Counted from the first letter of the stretch, positions 18,990-29,309 are shown. The stretch: DNA of 58,281 nt from Patescibacteria group bacterium (GCA_023380305.1 JAMCQZ010000006.1:1-58281), one strand, 5' to 3'. Program-made: numbers and translations. Notes: generated by a model not told the origin, from the letters alone.

Positions 18990-19679
18990 TTAGCTTTTTG
19001 CAAAAACGAATCCGATGACTTTCCTGGCGCCGGCGGACTTTAAAGTTTTTATGGCTTCGGCCATGGTCGCGCCCGAAGTGAAGACGTCATCGACGACGAT
19101 TAAAGTTTTCCCCGAAACCGCTTCTTTCTGACGGGAGTCAACACGGAAACTTCCGGAAAGATTTTTTAATCTTTCTGATTTTTGCTCGAGCTGAGCCTGG
19201 GGTCTGGTGTTTTTGATTCTGCAAAGCAGGCGGTTGTTTACCGGCCATCCGGTTGCGGCGCTCAAAATCGCGGCCAGATCCTCGGCTTGATTAAACCCGC
19301 GGCTGATTGATTTCATGAAGTGTAAGGGAACCGGCACGAGTTCCGGATGCGGGGGCTGACGAAAAAGGGCGAGAAAATCGGATTTCCGGAGGTATGTTTT
19401 AACGATTTCGGAAATCGGGTATTTCACTCCGGGAAAATCTTCGTATTTCAGGAAGCGCACCAGGTTTCTCACGGCGTCAATCCGATAAAAAGTGGCGGCG
19501 CCGAAGAAAAATCCTCGGCTGTGGAAAACCTGGCGGTTGACGATAATTGAACCAAAACATTGGCCGCATAGAAGATTTTTTCTGTCGATCGTGCCGTCAA
19601 GCTCCCGGCGGCAATTCAGGCAGAGTTTGGGAAAAATCAGATCCAAAAACTGTCCTTTGATGTTCGTTAAGCCCCTCAT
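18990..19679 (-). CDS. comF: ComF family competence protein (PRT fold with N-terminal Zn ribbon)
   Basis: LIFPKLCLNC...LCGQC, LVPVPLH...RGFNQA, RLKNLSGSF, VVDDVFTSGAT. Confidence 0.9.
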   Translation of the reverse strand: MRGLTNIKGQFLDLIFPKLCLNCRRELDGTIDRKNLLCGQCFGSIIVNRQVFHSRGFFFGAATFYRIDAVRNLVRFLKYEDFPGVKYPISEIVKTYLRKSDFLALFRQPPHPELVPVPLHFMKSISRGFNQAEDLAAILSAATGWPVNNRLLCRIKNTRPQAQLEQKSERLKNLSGSFRVDSRQKEAVSGKTLIVVDDVFTSGATMAEAIKTLKSAGARKVIGFVFAKS

Positions 19680-19709
19680 TTCGTGTTATTATTCTAATAA
19701 TAGCAATCC

Positions 19710-20798
19710 ATGGCCATATTTGATTTTTTGAAGCCCCTAAAACCGTTGCTTTCTTTCCAATCGGCCATCGGGGTTGATATTGGCACGACTTCCATCAAGC
19801 TCATCGAATTAACGATCGTCGCTGATCGGCCGCAATTCAAAAACTACGGCATATTGGAAACATACGGCCACTTATCCAGGCAGAATAGCGCCATCCAGAC
19901 AAGCAGTCTGAAGATGGACGACAAAGAAGCGGCCGCCATGTTGCAGGCGCTCGTTAAACAGACCAGGCCCGGAAACGCCATGGTTTTTGCGTCTTTGCCT
20001 CCATTCTCCGTTTTTACCACCTTGCTCGAGCTGCCGATGATGCCGAAGAGCGAAATGGATCAAATCATGGCTTACCAGGCGCGGGCCTTGGTGCCGGCCG
20101 CCATTGCTTCCGTTTCCACCGAATGGTCGGTGGTCGGCGAGTTCGAGGATGAAAAGGGGCAAAAAAAGCAGCAGGTTTTTTTAAGCGCCATTCCGAACAA
20201 CATTGTCGAAAAATACAAGAGCATTTTTCAAACAGCCGGTTTGAGTTTGAAGGTTATCGAGATCGAGGGCGCAAGCCTGGCCAGGGTTTTTACAAAAGGG
20301 GACGATGAATTTTCCTTGATTCTCGATATTGGCGGGAGATCGACCGGAATCTACGTCGCCCAAAACGGTCATCTTTTTTCGAGCGGTTATATTGATTACG
20401 CCGGCGGCTCTTTAAGTCAGGCGGTCGCGAACGGCTTGAATATCAACGTGAAGCGGGCCGAAGAGCTGAAAAAACGCCGGGGTTTGCTCGGAATAGGCGG
20501 GGAATACGAGTTGTCCACTTTAATGCTGCCCTACGTGGATGTTATACTTAATGAGATAAAACGAGCGAAAGACAATTTTGAGAGGAATTATCGCGGCCAA
20601 ATAAAGAAAGTGATCCTTTCCGGCGGAGGCGGCGAACTTGCCGGTCTGGAGAAATATGCCGCCGAATTCCTGCAGATGAGAGTCGAAAAACCCAGCCCTT
20701 TTGCCAATATCAGCTATCCGCCGGCGCTCCAGCCCGTGGTGAACGAGCTTGGGGGGGAGCTGGCAGTCGCGATCGGACTCGGATTGCGCCAATTTTAA
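19710..20798 (+). CDS. pilM: Type IV pilus assembly protein PilM
   Basis: IGVDIGTTSIKLIEL, LILDIGG, VILSGGG, AVAIGLGLR (actin-like fold). Confidence 0.92.
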   Translation: MAIFDFLKPLKPLLSFQSAIGVDIGTTSIKLIELTIVADRPQFKNYGILETYGHLSRQNSAIQTSSLKMDDKEAAAMLQALVKQTRPGNAMVFASLPPFSVFTTLLELPMMPKSEMDQIMAYQARALVPAAIASVSTEWSVVGEFEDEKGQKKQQVFLSAIPNNIVEKYKSIFQTAGLSLKVIEIEGASLARVFTKGDDEFSLILDIGGRSTGIYVAQNGHLFSSGYIDYAGGSLSQAVANGLNINVKRAEELKKRRGLLGIGGEYELSTLMLPYVDVILNEIKRAKDNFERNYRGQIKKVILSGGGGELAGLEKYAAEFLQMRVEKPSPFANISYPPALQPVVNELGGELAVAIGLGLRQF

Positions 20799-20801
20799 AA
20801 A

Positions 20802-21347
20802 ATGCCACCGCAATATCCAAGCAATATCGATCAAAGATTCAATGTCGGCCGCGAACCGGCCGGGTGGCCGGCAAGACTTTTCGCATTTTCCCTTTTCATC
20901 CTCGTTTTGCTCGCGGTGAGTTATTTCGGTTTGGTATACGGATATAAGCCGTTCTTGCAGAAAGACATTCGAAATATTCAGAGCCAGACCGAACAACTGG
21001 ACCAACAAGTGTCGCCGGCCGACCGCCAGGCTTTTATCGCTTTTTATTCCCAGATAGAGAATTTAAAGAGCCTGCTTTCGAAACACGTTTTTTCCTCCAA
21101 AATATTTCCGTTTATCGAGACGAACACCCGGAAAGACGTGGCTTATAATTCGATGGATCTCGACGTCGCAAGTCGAACGGCCAACTTAAGCGGGACAGCC
21201 GCGAACTACGAATCGTTGGCGAGCCAACTTGATGTTTTTCAAAATCTTTCCGAGGTAAAGAGCGTTGCCATCAACGGGGCGACGGTCGGTCAAGGAGGAG
21301 TTTCTTTCCAAATACAAATAATTTTCAACAATGGCTTCTTCCTTTAA
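20802..21347 (+). CDS. pilN: PilN-like protein
   Basis: Follows pilM; single transmembrane helix; C-terminal LSGTAANYESLASQL...VSFQIQI fold. Confidence 0.65.
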   Translation: MPPQYPSNIDQRFNVGREPAGWPARLFAFSLFILVLLAVSYFGLVYGYKPFLQKDIRNIQSQTEQLDQQVSPADRQAFIAFYSQIENLKSLLSKHVFSSKIFPFIETNTRKDVAYNSMDLDVASRTANLSGTAANYESLASQLDVFQNLSEVKSVAINGATVGQGGVSFQIQIIFNNGFFL

Positions 21348-21891
21348 GAGATTCTTGAGTATTTTGGGAAGCATCGCTTTGCTGATAGCGGCGGTGATCG
21401 TATTCACCAATTTCATCAGACCGGAATTCGAGGGAACGGACGGCGTCAAACAGCTGAGGACCAAGCGCGATGCCGCTGCGGCGACGTTCAACCTGGCGAC
21501 CGCCCAAGTGGACGCCTTTGCCAACTTGGCAAAACAGTACGAGGACAGCTTCCAATACAAATCTGAGCTTGACCGGTCCCTGCCGTCGGGCGACAACATT
21601 CCCGAAGTCCTGGCGCAGATTCAGGGCCTTGCCGCTGCAGACAAAGTGGCCTTGGCGAGCGTTACTTTTCAGCACCCGCCGATGCAATCCAGCCAGAGCT
21701 CGTTTGTGAGCGCCTACGGCGTTTTGAGGGCCTCTTTAAGAGCCGAAGGCGGATACAACGATATCAAGGCTTTCATCCGGGATATTGAAAACAACATCAG
21801 GCTGATGGACGTGTCATCGATGAACCTGAGCACCTCGGGAAGAAGCAACGTGTATTCCCTCCAACTAACAATCAACACATATTACGAATAA
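21331..21891 (+). CDS. pilO: PilO-like protein
   Basis: Transmembrane helix, coiled coil, LP....IP.VL.QI..LA, GGYNDIKAFIRDIENNIRLMDV. Confidence 0.75.
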   Translation: MASSFKRFLSILGSIALLIAAVIVFTNFIRPEFEGTDGVKQLRTKRDAAAATFNLATAQVDAFANLAKQYEDSFQYKSELDRSLPSGDNIPEVLAQIQGLAAADKVALASVTFQHPPMQSSQSSFVSAYGVLRASLRAEGGYNDIKAFIRDIENNIRLMDVSSMNLSTSGRSNVYSLQLTINTYYE

Positions 21892-21892
21892 C

Positions 21893-22195
21893 ATGGCCGT
21901 CATCATTCAACCGAGTCAAAAAGGGTCGAGAACGTTTATTCTGGTTTCCATTGCGGCGGTGATCGCCATGGTGGCCGTAGGCGCCTATTATCTTTTCTTC
22001 ACGCCGGCGCCCCTTATCGAAGCGATCCTGCCCGCCAATCTTCAATCGGTCGCCGATTTGAAGGGTCTTAAGTTCAATCCGGAGGAGGTACTGCAAAACG
22101 ATTTCTTCTCCGCCGAAAAGTCGAGAAAGTCGATCATCCTTCCGGAAGCGGGCGCGAGCGTCTTGGGGAGGACCAATCCCTTCGCCGCTTTTTAA
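21893..22195 (+). CDS. Small single-helix membrane protein at the PilP position
   Basis: Between pilO and pilB; ends GRTNPF, similar to the PilP xDPF motif. Confidence 0.6.
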   Translation: MAVIIQPSQKGSRTFILVSIAAVIAMVAVGAYYLFFTPAPLIEAILPANLQSVADLKGLKFNPEEVLQNDFFSAEKSRKSIILPEAGASVLGRTNPFAAF

Positions 22196-22196
22196 G

Positions 22197-23930
22197 ATGG
22201 ACTCCCAAATTTTAACGGCTGCCCTCATCAAAAAAAATCTGCTGACCAAAGAAGCGGGGGAGCAGGTATTGAAGGAATCGGCAGTTTCTCAAAAACCAGT
22301 CGAGGATTTGCTTTACATGCGTCGGACGATCCCCGAAGAAAAAATTGCCGAGGTAAAGAGCGAGATTACAGGGATTCCTTATCAAAAAATAGACATCAAA
22401 GTTCTAACAGACGATCTTTTGGCGCTTGTGCCGAAAGAGACGGTTCAAACTTATAAGGTGGCGCCGCTTTCGCGCACCAAAGATATGCTGGTGGTCGGCA
22501 TGGTTGACCCCCAAGACAGCCGGGCCCAGGACGCGCTGCGTTTTATCGCCAAAGCCAACCGTTTAAATCTCGGAGTTTATGTCATTACGCCTTCGGACCT
22601 TGAGTTGGTGCTCCGGAAATACAATCCGTACAAATCGGAAGTCGAGGCCGCCATCAGGTCGTTGGGAATGAAGCCCGGGGAGGGGCTGTCGCCGTTGCAG
22701 CGACCGGTGGCTCTTGAAGAATCGCGAGGCGTGGCCGAAGAAGCGCCGATCATCAAACTGGTCGCTTCGACGTTCCGAGAGGCGGTGGAACGCAAGGCTT
22801 CCGATATTCACGTGGAACCGATGAGAAACCGGGTCCGCGTGAGATTCAGGATAGACGGGGATTTGGAGGAGGCGGCTTCGTTCCCCATCGAGCTTCAACA
22901 GCCGCTCGTTTCAAGAATCAAGATCCTTTCCGATCTTAAAATAGACGAAACAAGAATCCCCCAGGACGGCCGTTTTAGGACGGTGATTTTCGGTCGGGAC
23001 ATTGATTTTCGCGTCGCCACCTTTCCGACACCCATGGGAGAAAAAGTGGCTCTGCGCGTTTTGGATCCAAGCATCGGATTGAAAGGCATCGATAACTTGG
23101 GCATCGTCGGCAAGAATGCCGACATCATCAAGGAGGGCATCGAAAAACCGTTCGGAATGGTGCTCGTCACCGGTCCGACCGGTTCGGGAAAGACCACCAC
23201 GTTGTATGCGCTTTTGAAAATTTTGAACCAGGAGAACGTCAATATCGTCAGTTTGGAAGACCCGGTGGAATATTTCGTCGAAGGTATCAACCAATCCCAG
23301 GTAAAGCCCGAGATCGGTTACGATTTCGCTTCCGGCCTCCGTCAGATTTTGCGGCAAGACCCCGATATTATTATGGTCGGCGAAATCCGCGACAACGAAA
23401 CCGCCGGCCTGGCGGTAAACGCCGCGCTGACCGGACATATCGTGCTTTCCACCCTTCACACCAATAACGCCGCCGGCGTCATTCCGAGGCTCATTGACAT
23501 GGAGGTGCCTCCTTTTCTCTTGCCTTCGGCGTTGAATCTGATGATGTCCCAGCGACTTTTGGGAAGGCTTTGCCAACAGTGCCGCCAGACGGAGGCGGCT
23601 TCGCCGGAAATCCAAAAAATTATCAAAGAAGAAATCGCTAAACTTCCGGAAGAAGTGAGATTGAAGCTCGTTTACAAGGAACCATATCAAATTTTCCATT
23701 CTCCAGGATGCCCGGCCTGCAAAAATAAAGGAACCTCCGGTCGTATTGCCATTTTCGAAATCATGCGGATGACGAGGGAGCTTGAGAAGATTATCGCCGA
23801 GCATCCGACTGAGGCAGCCATTATCGACGAGGGCGCGCGTCAGGGGATGATCACTTTAAGACAAGATGGAATTCTGAAGGCGCTGGACGGCGTTGTCTCG
23901 ATGGAAGAGGTTTTGAGGGAAACCGAATAG
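22197..23930 (+). CDS. pilB: Type IV pilus extension ATPase (PilB/GspE)
   Basis: ASDIHVEP, PQDGRF, Walker A GPTGSGKTTT, LRQDPDIIMVGEIRD, tetra-Cys CQQC/CPAC. Confidence 0.95.
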   Translation: MDSQILTAALIKKNLLTKEAGEQVLKESAVSQKPVEDLLYMRRTIPEEKIAEVKSEITGIPYQKIDIKVLTDDLLALVPKETVQTYKVAPLSRTKDMLVVGMVDPQDSRAQDALRFIAKANRLNLGVYVITPSDLELVLRKYNPYKSEVEAAIRSLGMKPGEGLSPLQRPVALEESRGVAEEAPIIKLVASTFREAVERKASDIHVEPMRNRVRVRFRIDGDLEEAASFPIELQQPLVSRIKILSDLKIDETRIPQDGRFRTVIFGRDIDFRVATFPTPMGEKVALRVLDPSIGLKGIDNLGIVGKNADIIKEGIEKPFGMVLVTGPTGSGKTTTLYALLKILNQENVNIVSLEDPVEYFVEGINQSQVKPEIGYDFASGLRQILRQDPDIIMVGEIRDNETAGLAVNAALTGHIVLSTLHTNNAAGVIPRLIDMEVPPFLLPSALNLMMSQRLLGRLCQQCRQTEAASPEIQKIIKEEIAKLPEEVRLKLVYKEPYQIFHSPGCPACKNKGTSGRIAIFEIMRMTRELEKIIAEHPTEAAIIDEGARQGMITLRQDGILKALDGVVSMEEVLRETE

Positions 23931-23975
23931 CTTGTGATATAATAAAAAACGATCCGCCAAGCGGACGAAAATACC

Positions 23976-25046
23976 ATGGATTACAGGCAAAAGATGAACG
24001 AGCTGCTTCTGATGACGGCGCGCAACAACGCTTCAGATTTGCATTTGGCCGTCGGCCGCCGGCCGATGATGCGTATCGACGGCAGCCTGATGGATATGCC
24101 GAAAGAGCAGGTCTTAACCCCGGAAATGACGGCGGGCCTCATCGGCGCCCTACTTACCGACGAGCAAAAAGAGAAATTTTTAACCTATCGCGATCTTGAT
24201 CTTTCATATTCTTTTGAAGACAAGGCCCGTTTCCGCGTCAACGTTTTTTTCCAGCGCGGTTTTATGGCGGCTTCCTTGCGTTTAATACCGGCTCAAATTA
24301 GGACTCTTGAAGAACTTCACCTTCCGCCGATTCTTCATGAATTTACCGAGCTTTCCCAGGGATTTGTGCTGGTTGTCGGTCCGGCCGGCCACGGAAAATC
24401 GAGCACGCTTGCGGCTTTGGTCGACGAGATCAACCACAAGCGGATGGATCATATCATTACCATCGAGGATCCGATCGAATACCTTTTCGTCCAGGACAAA
24501 TGCATCGTCTCTCAAAGAGAGGTGAAGACCGACAGTTTGAATTTTCACCAGGCTCTGAAGTCTTTGTTGCGTCAAGATCCGGATGTGGTGATGATCGGCG
24601 AAATGAGGGATTCCGAATCCATAGCCACGGCGATGACTTCGGCGGAAACCGGACATTTGGTTTTTTCCACCCTTCACACCAACTCGGCCGCTCAAACCAT
24701 CGACCGCATCATCGATTCTTTCCCGGCTAACCAACAGGGACAAATTACGTCCCAGCTTGCCGCCACCTTGGTCGGCATCGTTTCCCAGAGGCTTGTTCCG
24801 CGCATCGACGGCGGCCGCGTCCCGGCTTGCGAAATAATGTTTGTTAATTCCGCTATCCGAAATTTGATCCGGGAGAGAAAAATTTATCAGATCGACCTGG
24901 TTATCGAAACAAGCCTGCAGGAGGGCATGAGCACGTTAAACCGGTCTTTGGCCGAGCTCGTGAAAAAGAGGGAAATTTCTTTGGAAAACGCCGAGTTGTA
25001 TTCTTTAAATCCTTCGGAATTGAGAATCCTTCTCGAGCGGATTTAG
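23976..25046 (+). CDS. pilT: Type IV pilus retraction ATPase PilT
   Basis: ASDLHL, RFRVNVF, GPAGHGKSST, TIEDPIE, QREV, AETGHLVFSTLHT, AIRNLIRE. Confidence 0.95.
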   Translation: MDYRQKMNELLLMTARNNASDLHLAVGRRPMMRIDGSLMDMPKEQVLTPEMTAGLIGALLTDEQKEKFLTYRDLDLSYSFEDKARFRVNVFFQRGFMAASLRLIPAQIRTLEELHLPPILHEFTELSQGFVLVVGPAGHGKSSTLAALVDEINHKRMDHIITIEDPIEYLFVQDKCIVSQREVKTDSLNFHQALKSLLRQDPDVVMIGEMRDSESIATAMTSAETGHLVFSTLHTNSAAQTIDRIIDSFPANQQGQITSQLAATLVGIVSQRLVPRIDGGRVPACEIMFVNSAIRNLIRERKIYQIDLVIETSLQEGMSTLNRSLAELVKKREISLENAELYSLNPSELRILLERI

Positions 25047-25049
25047 ACA

Positions 25050-26258
25050 ATGAGGTTCAAATATTCAGCGAGAACTAAAGAAGGGGAACTCCAAGCCGGG
25101 TTTGTCGAGGCGCCGACCAAGGAGTCGGCTATCGGCATCTTGACCGGGCACGAGCTTTTTATCCTCACCCTGGAAAGCGAAGAGAAAAAATCATTCCTCG
25201 CCGGCTTGCCGTTTTTCGGCGAAAGGGTGAGCCTGCACGACCTGATGGTTTTCACAAGGCAATTCGCCACCTTGCTTTCGGCTCAGGTGCCGCTCGACCG
25301 GACGTTTACGACTCTTTTCAATCAGACGCGCAACCCGCTTTTAAAAAGGACCGTCGAAGAAGTGCGCCAGGATATCGATTCCGGATTGGCCCTTTCCCAG
25401 GCTCTCGAGAAGTACGAAAATGTCTTCTCGCCGTTCTACGTGAATATGGTCAGGTCCGCGGAGATAACCGGCCGGCTCGAAGAGGCGGTCAGCTATCTGG
25501 CCGATTATTACGAACGGCAGGCGACGTTGTCGGGAAAAATCAAGAATTCAATGACCTATCCGATGGTAACGATCGTCCTTTTTCTGGGCGTCGCCGGGTA
25601 TCTTATCGTCGGAGTCTTGCCGCAGATCGAAGACATGTTCGTTTCTTCGGGCATCAAGCTGCCGGCTTTCACCCACAGTTTGGTGGTGCTTGGACAGTTT
25701 TTTACCCATTGGTGGTTTTTGGTTCTATTTTCCATTGCCGCCCTGGTTTTCTTTTTTATGGATTATTTCCGATCGGCCGAGGGCAAGATTGTCTATGATG
25801 AGCTTATCTTTAGGATGCCGGTATTCGGGAAACTGTTTCGTTACATCGCCATCGCCCAGTTCGGGGAGTCGGCGAGCATCCTTATCAAAGGAGGGATCCC
25901 TATTGCGCAAGCTTTGGAAATAACCGGAGACACCATTGGTAACATGATCTATGGAGACGCCTTGAAATCTTCAGCCGAGGACATCAGGCGGGGAGAGCTG
26001 TTGTCCCAATCTCTCGCTAAAAACCAGGATTTGTTTCCTCCGCTCGTGAGCCAGATGGTCGCCGTCGGCGAGACCACCGGCCGTTTGGACGAGCTCCTGT
26101 CGAAACTTTCCGGTTTTTACAGCCGGGAAGTGGACGAAACCGTCGGCAACCTGGTGGAGCTTATTCAGCCCGCCTTGATGATCGTCATCGGCGGCGCCGT
26201 AGCCGGACTTTTCGCTTCGATTTTGCTGCCGATGTTCCAATTTGTTTCCACGTTGTAA
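25050..26258 (+). CDS. pilC: Type IV pilus platform protein PilC (GspF family)
   Basis: FTRQFATLL, GE.TGRL motifs in two GspF domains, LIQPALMIVIG. Confidence 0.93.
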   Translation: MRFKYSARTKEGELQAGFVEAPTKESAIGILTGHELFILTLESEEKKSFLAGLPFFGERVSLHDLMVFTRQFATLLSAQVPLDRTFTTLFNQTRNPLLKRTVEEVRQDIDSGLALSQALEKYENVFSPFYVNMVRSAEITGRLEEAVSYLADYYERQATLSGKIKNSMTYPMVTIVLFLGVAGYLIVGVLPQIEDMFVSSGIKLPAFTHSLVVLGQFFTHWWFLVLFSIAALVFFFMDYFRSAEGKIVYDELIFRMPVFGKLFRYIAIAQFGESASILIKGGIPIAQALEITGDTIGNMIYGDALKSSAEDIRRGELLSQSLAKNQDLFPPLVSQMVAVGETTGRLDELLSKLSGFYSREVDETVGNLVELIQPALMIVIGGAVAGLFASILLPMFQFVSTL

Positions 26259-26331
26259 ATCGGCTAAAATTATGACGAAGAGTTTTATTAAGAACAATAA
26301 AATAAAAGTCGTGTAATCAAATCAAAAAAAT

Positions 26332-26817
26332 ATGAAATCGCAAAAAGGTTTTACGCTGGTCGAAATGGTGATCGTCATCGCAGTCATCGGCATTCTGATG
26401 GGATTGGTTTTCAACGGAACACGGAGCGTTCAGGCCAACGCTCGGGATACGCGCCGGCAAGCGGACTTGAAGAAAGTCCAAACTTATTTGGAGCTGTATT
26501 TTAATAAATGCGGACATTATCCGGTTACCACATTCACTATACCAGCAGATAGCTGCAAGATAACCGCGGCACCGACATATAATCAATTAGTGACGCTTCT
26601 TGAGAGTACCGTTGCGAGCGGAGGAGAAATGCCGCATGATCCTATCACTACGCCGGGTCATGAATACCAATATGGAGTTGATATAGCCGCTGGTCAACAA
26701 GGATTTGATTATGTGCTTGGGGCGCAAATGGAAAAAGGAGTGCCGACAGGCGGCGTTACTACCGATCCGCTATATGGCATCGCGGGGTGTGGCACTACTT
26801 TATATTGCGTGAAGTAA
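26332..26817 (+). CDS. Major type IV pilin candidate
   Basis: KG|FTLVEMVIVIAVIGIL, ARDTRRQADL, YFNKCGHYP, C-terminal Cys pair; lies between pilC and pilD. Confidence 0.85.
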   Translation: MKSQKGFTLVEMVIVIAVIGILMGLVFNGTRSVQANARDTRRQADLKKVQTYLELYFNKCGHYPVTTFTIPADSCKITAAPTYNQLVTLLESTVASGGEMPHDPITTPGHEYQYGVDIAAGQQGFDYVLGAQMEKGVPTGGVTTDPLYGIAGCGTTLYCVK

Positions 26818-26824
26818 ACCTATA

Positions 26825-27670
26825 GTGATAGCCAATTACTTCATTTTATTTATTTTCGGCGCTTGCATCGGCAGTTTTCTTAATGTCGTTGTTTTGCGGT
26901 ACAACCCGGAAAAAACAGCCTTGTTGGGGCGGCATCTTGGGGGAAGGTCAAGATGCCGTTCTTGCGGAAAATCTCTGCGATGGTTCGAACTCATTCCGGT
27001 TTTAAGCTTCGCTTTTCAAGGAGGGAAGTGTCGGGGATGCCGGCAAAAAATATCCTGGCAATATCCGATCGTCGAGATTCTTTCGGGAGCCATTCTTGTC
27101 GCCGCCTATTGGAAATGGGGGTTCACCCCGGAGGCGCTTTTGATTAGCTTGTTCGCTTTAAGCCTTCTCGTTTTATCCTTCATCGATTTCTATTTTCAAG
27201 TCATCCCCGACGAGCTCAATCTTTTCATCGGTTTTTTGGGACTGATCTTCGTCTTTTTCGGGGCATGGGACAAGTCTTTCGGCCCGACCGAAGGGTCTTT
27301 TATAGGATATTATGCGAGCGTCTTGGGATTTCGGCAGAATATCTTCATCAACCATTTGGCGGCCGCTGTTTTCGCGGGACTATTGTTTTACGGATTAATC
27401 TTTTTGACGCGCGGGAAAGGCATGGGCGTCGGCGACGCCAAGCTGGCTCTTGCCGCCGGGCTTTTTATCGGCTGGCCGGACATAGTGCTGGCCCTGATGT
27501 TTTCTTTCGTGTTGGGAGGGCTTTTCGGATTTGTCGCGCTTGTCTCGCGCAAGAAAAAAATGAAGGATTTGTTGCCATTCGGCCCGTTTATGGCGGCGGG
27601 GATTCTTTTAATAGTCTTTTTGGGCTTTAATATATGCCATGGTTATCTCCGATTTTTTAATCTCGTTTAG
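26825..27670 (+). CDS. pilD: Prepilin peptidase / N-methyltransferase
   Basis: GSFLNVV, RSRCRSC, CRGC..KISWQYP, aspartate motifs FIDF and GMGVGDAKL, LPFGPFM. Confidence 0.95.
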   Translation: MIANYFILFIFGACIGSFLNVVVLRYNPEKTALLGRHLGGRSRCRSCGKSLRWFELIPVLSFAFQGGKCRGCRQKISWQYPIVEILSGAILVAAYWKWGFTPEALLISLFALSLLVLSFIDFYFQVIPDELNLFIGFLGLIFVFFGAWDKSFGPTEGSFIGYYASVLGFRQNIFINHLAAAVFAGLLFYGLIFLTRGKGMGVGDAKLALAAGLFIGWPDIVLALMFSFVLGGLFGFVALVSRKKKMKDLLPFGPFMAAGILLIVFLGFNICHGYLRFFNLV

Positions 27671-28235
27671 GAAATCCGCGAATTGCCATCGCGGGCGGAT
27701 TTCGGGATTTACTTTGGTGGAAATGGTGGTGACGATCGGCATCGTCTCCTTGCTTTTAACGTCGATGAGTATTTCCGGAGCTTCGATCAGAAGAGAATTC
27801 GCCTTGGCCAAAGCTCAAGAAGAATTAAGAAGTTTGATCACTTACGCCAGATTCTTGAGCGTGGCCACTCTGGCTGATCCGGGAGGCGCGCTGGTTTGCG
27901 GTTACGGGGTGCATATCTTAACCAACCCGGGAGCCGGCAATCCTAATGCTTATATTTTTCGCGATTCCGGCGATGGTGAAATCTGTTCGGGTATTAATGA
28001 AACGGATAATTTAAAAGACCAGGGCACATTATATTCGATGACTTTGGACCCTTTAATATTATTAGATTCCCCGGATCAAATAATCGAATTTATTCCGCCG
28101 GATCCGACAGTGGTTTTTGATCCCGGAGCCGATCCCGATGGAGGCGTAACTATTGTAGTCCAGTCCAGGAGTGGATCCGGTCATTCGCGTCAAGTCAAGG
28201 TTCTCGCCTCGGGTATGGTTTCGATAGCCCGTTAA
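27639..28235 (+). CDS. Minor pilin (FimU/GspH-like position)
   Basis: SG|FTLVEMVVTIGIVSLL; overlaps the end of pilD. Confidence 0.82.
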   Translation: MVISDFLISFRKSANCHRGRISGFTLVEMVVTIGIVSLLLTSMSISGASIRREFALAKAQEELRSLITYARFLSVATLADPGGALVCGYGVHILTNPGAGNPNAYIFRDSGDGEICSGINETDNLKDQGTLYSMTLDPLILLDSPDQIIEFIPPDPTVVFDPGADPDGGVTIVVQSRSGSGHSRQVKVLASGMVSIAR

Positions 28236-28255
28236 ACCGGTTATAATCAAGAAAA

Positions 28256-28801
28256 ATGAGAAGCGGCAAGGGACAATTCATTGTCGAGGGAATGATCGCC
28301 ATGGGCATCATTGTTTCGAGCGTTCTCGGTATTTTTAGTCTGGCGGTGAGCGCTTTGCGGGTGAGTTCGGCGGTAACCGATCAATTTATCGCCGCCAATC
28401 TGGCGGCCGAAGGGATCGAGGTGACAAAAAATATTTTAGACAGCAATGTCGCCCGGGGACGTCCTTGGAACGAGAACTTCGCGGTCAGCCGCTGTTTCGA
28501 GGTGGTTTACAACGGCGCCGATACGTCGCGGAACCTGTCGAGCTGCGACGCCGCAGGAGAAGATGACGTCGCTGTGACGTTCAATGAAGCGCGCTTTTTA
28601 AACATCAACGCCGTCAATGGTCTATACGATTACAGCGCCTCGGAAGAATCGAGTATTATGAAGCGTTGGATTCAAACTAGGCCTTTATCCGATCTTAAGA
28701 TCCGGGCGATAGCGACCGTGGCCTGGCGCGATCGGAGAAATCCCAACAACATTTTGACATCGAGAATAGCCACGGATTTTGTCGGTTGGCGGGCGGATTA
28801 A
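28256..28801 (+). CDS. Minor pilin (PilV-like)
   Basis: KG|QFIVEGMIAMGII with E5, and A.NLAAEGIE helix motif. Confidence 0.78.
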   Translation: MRSGKGQFIVEGMIAMGIIVSSVLGIFSLAVSALRVSSAVTDQFIAANLAAEGIEVTKNILDSNVARGRPWNENFAVSRCFEVVYNGADTSRNLSSCDAAGEDDVAVTFNEARFLNINAVNGLYDYSASEESSIMKRWIQTRPLSDLKIRAIATVAWRDRRNPNNILTSRIATDFVGWRAD

Positions 28802-28808
28802 CAATAAA

Positions 28809-29309
28809 ATGACGAATCATTCCAAAAATTCGGGATTTACCTTGATCGAGCTTACTATCACCTTGGGAATTTTTGTTTTCGTTATTTTTTTGATCTTATC
28901 CATTTTTACCAACTCGTTGAAAGCCGAACGCAACGTGGCCAATCAAACGGCTATTCTCGACAATCTTTCCTTGGTAATCGAACAAATGGCACGGGAGATA
29001 AGAACCGGTACCAATTTTCCTTCTTCGCCGGAGACCAGTTCGTTCGCTTTCAAAAACTATCTCAATCAGAACGTCGTTTATTCAAAGCCGGCGGACGGAG
29101 ACTACGTCACTAAAAATACGAATGGCGTCGTTACGCGGCTGACCGCGGACGATATTCAGGTAACGAATTTAAAGTTTTATATCACCCAACCGGATTTTTA
29201 TCCGCCGAGGGTAACCATCCAATTTCAGGTGAAAAGTTCTCTGTTTCAGGGAGTGCTCACCTTTCAAACGACCGTGAGCGAAAGGTTGTTCTATTACAAG
29301 GCTTCTTGA
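28809..29309 (+). CDS. Minor pilin (PilW-like)
   Basis: SG|FTLIELTITLGIF, MAREIRTG, terminal FQTTVSER. Start reassigned to 28809. Confidence 0.82.
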   Translation: MTNHSKNSGFTLIELTITLGIFVFVIFLILSIFTNSLKAERNVANQTAILDNLSLVIEQMAREIRTGTNFPSSPETSSFAFKNYLNQNVVYSKPADGDYVTKNTNGVVTRLTADDIQVTNLKFYITQPDFYPPRVTIQFQVKSSLFQGVLTFQTTVSERLFYYKAS

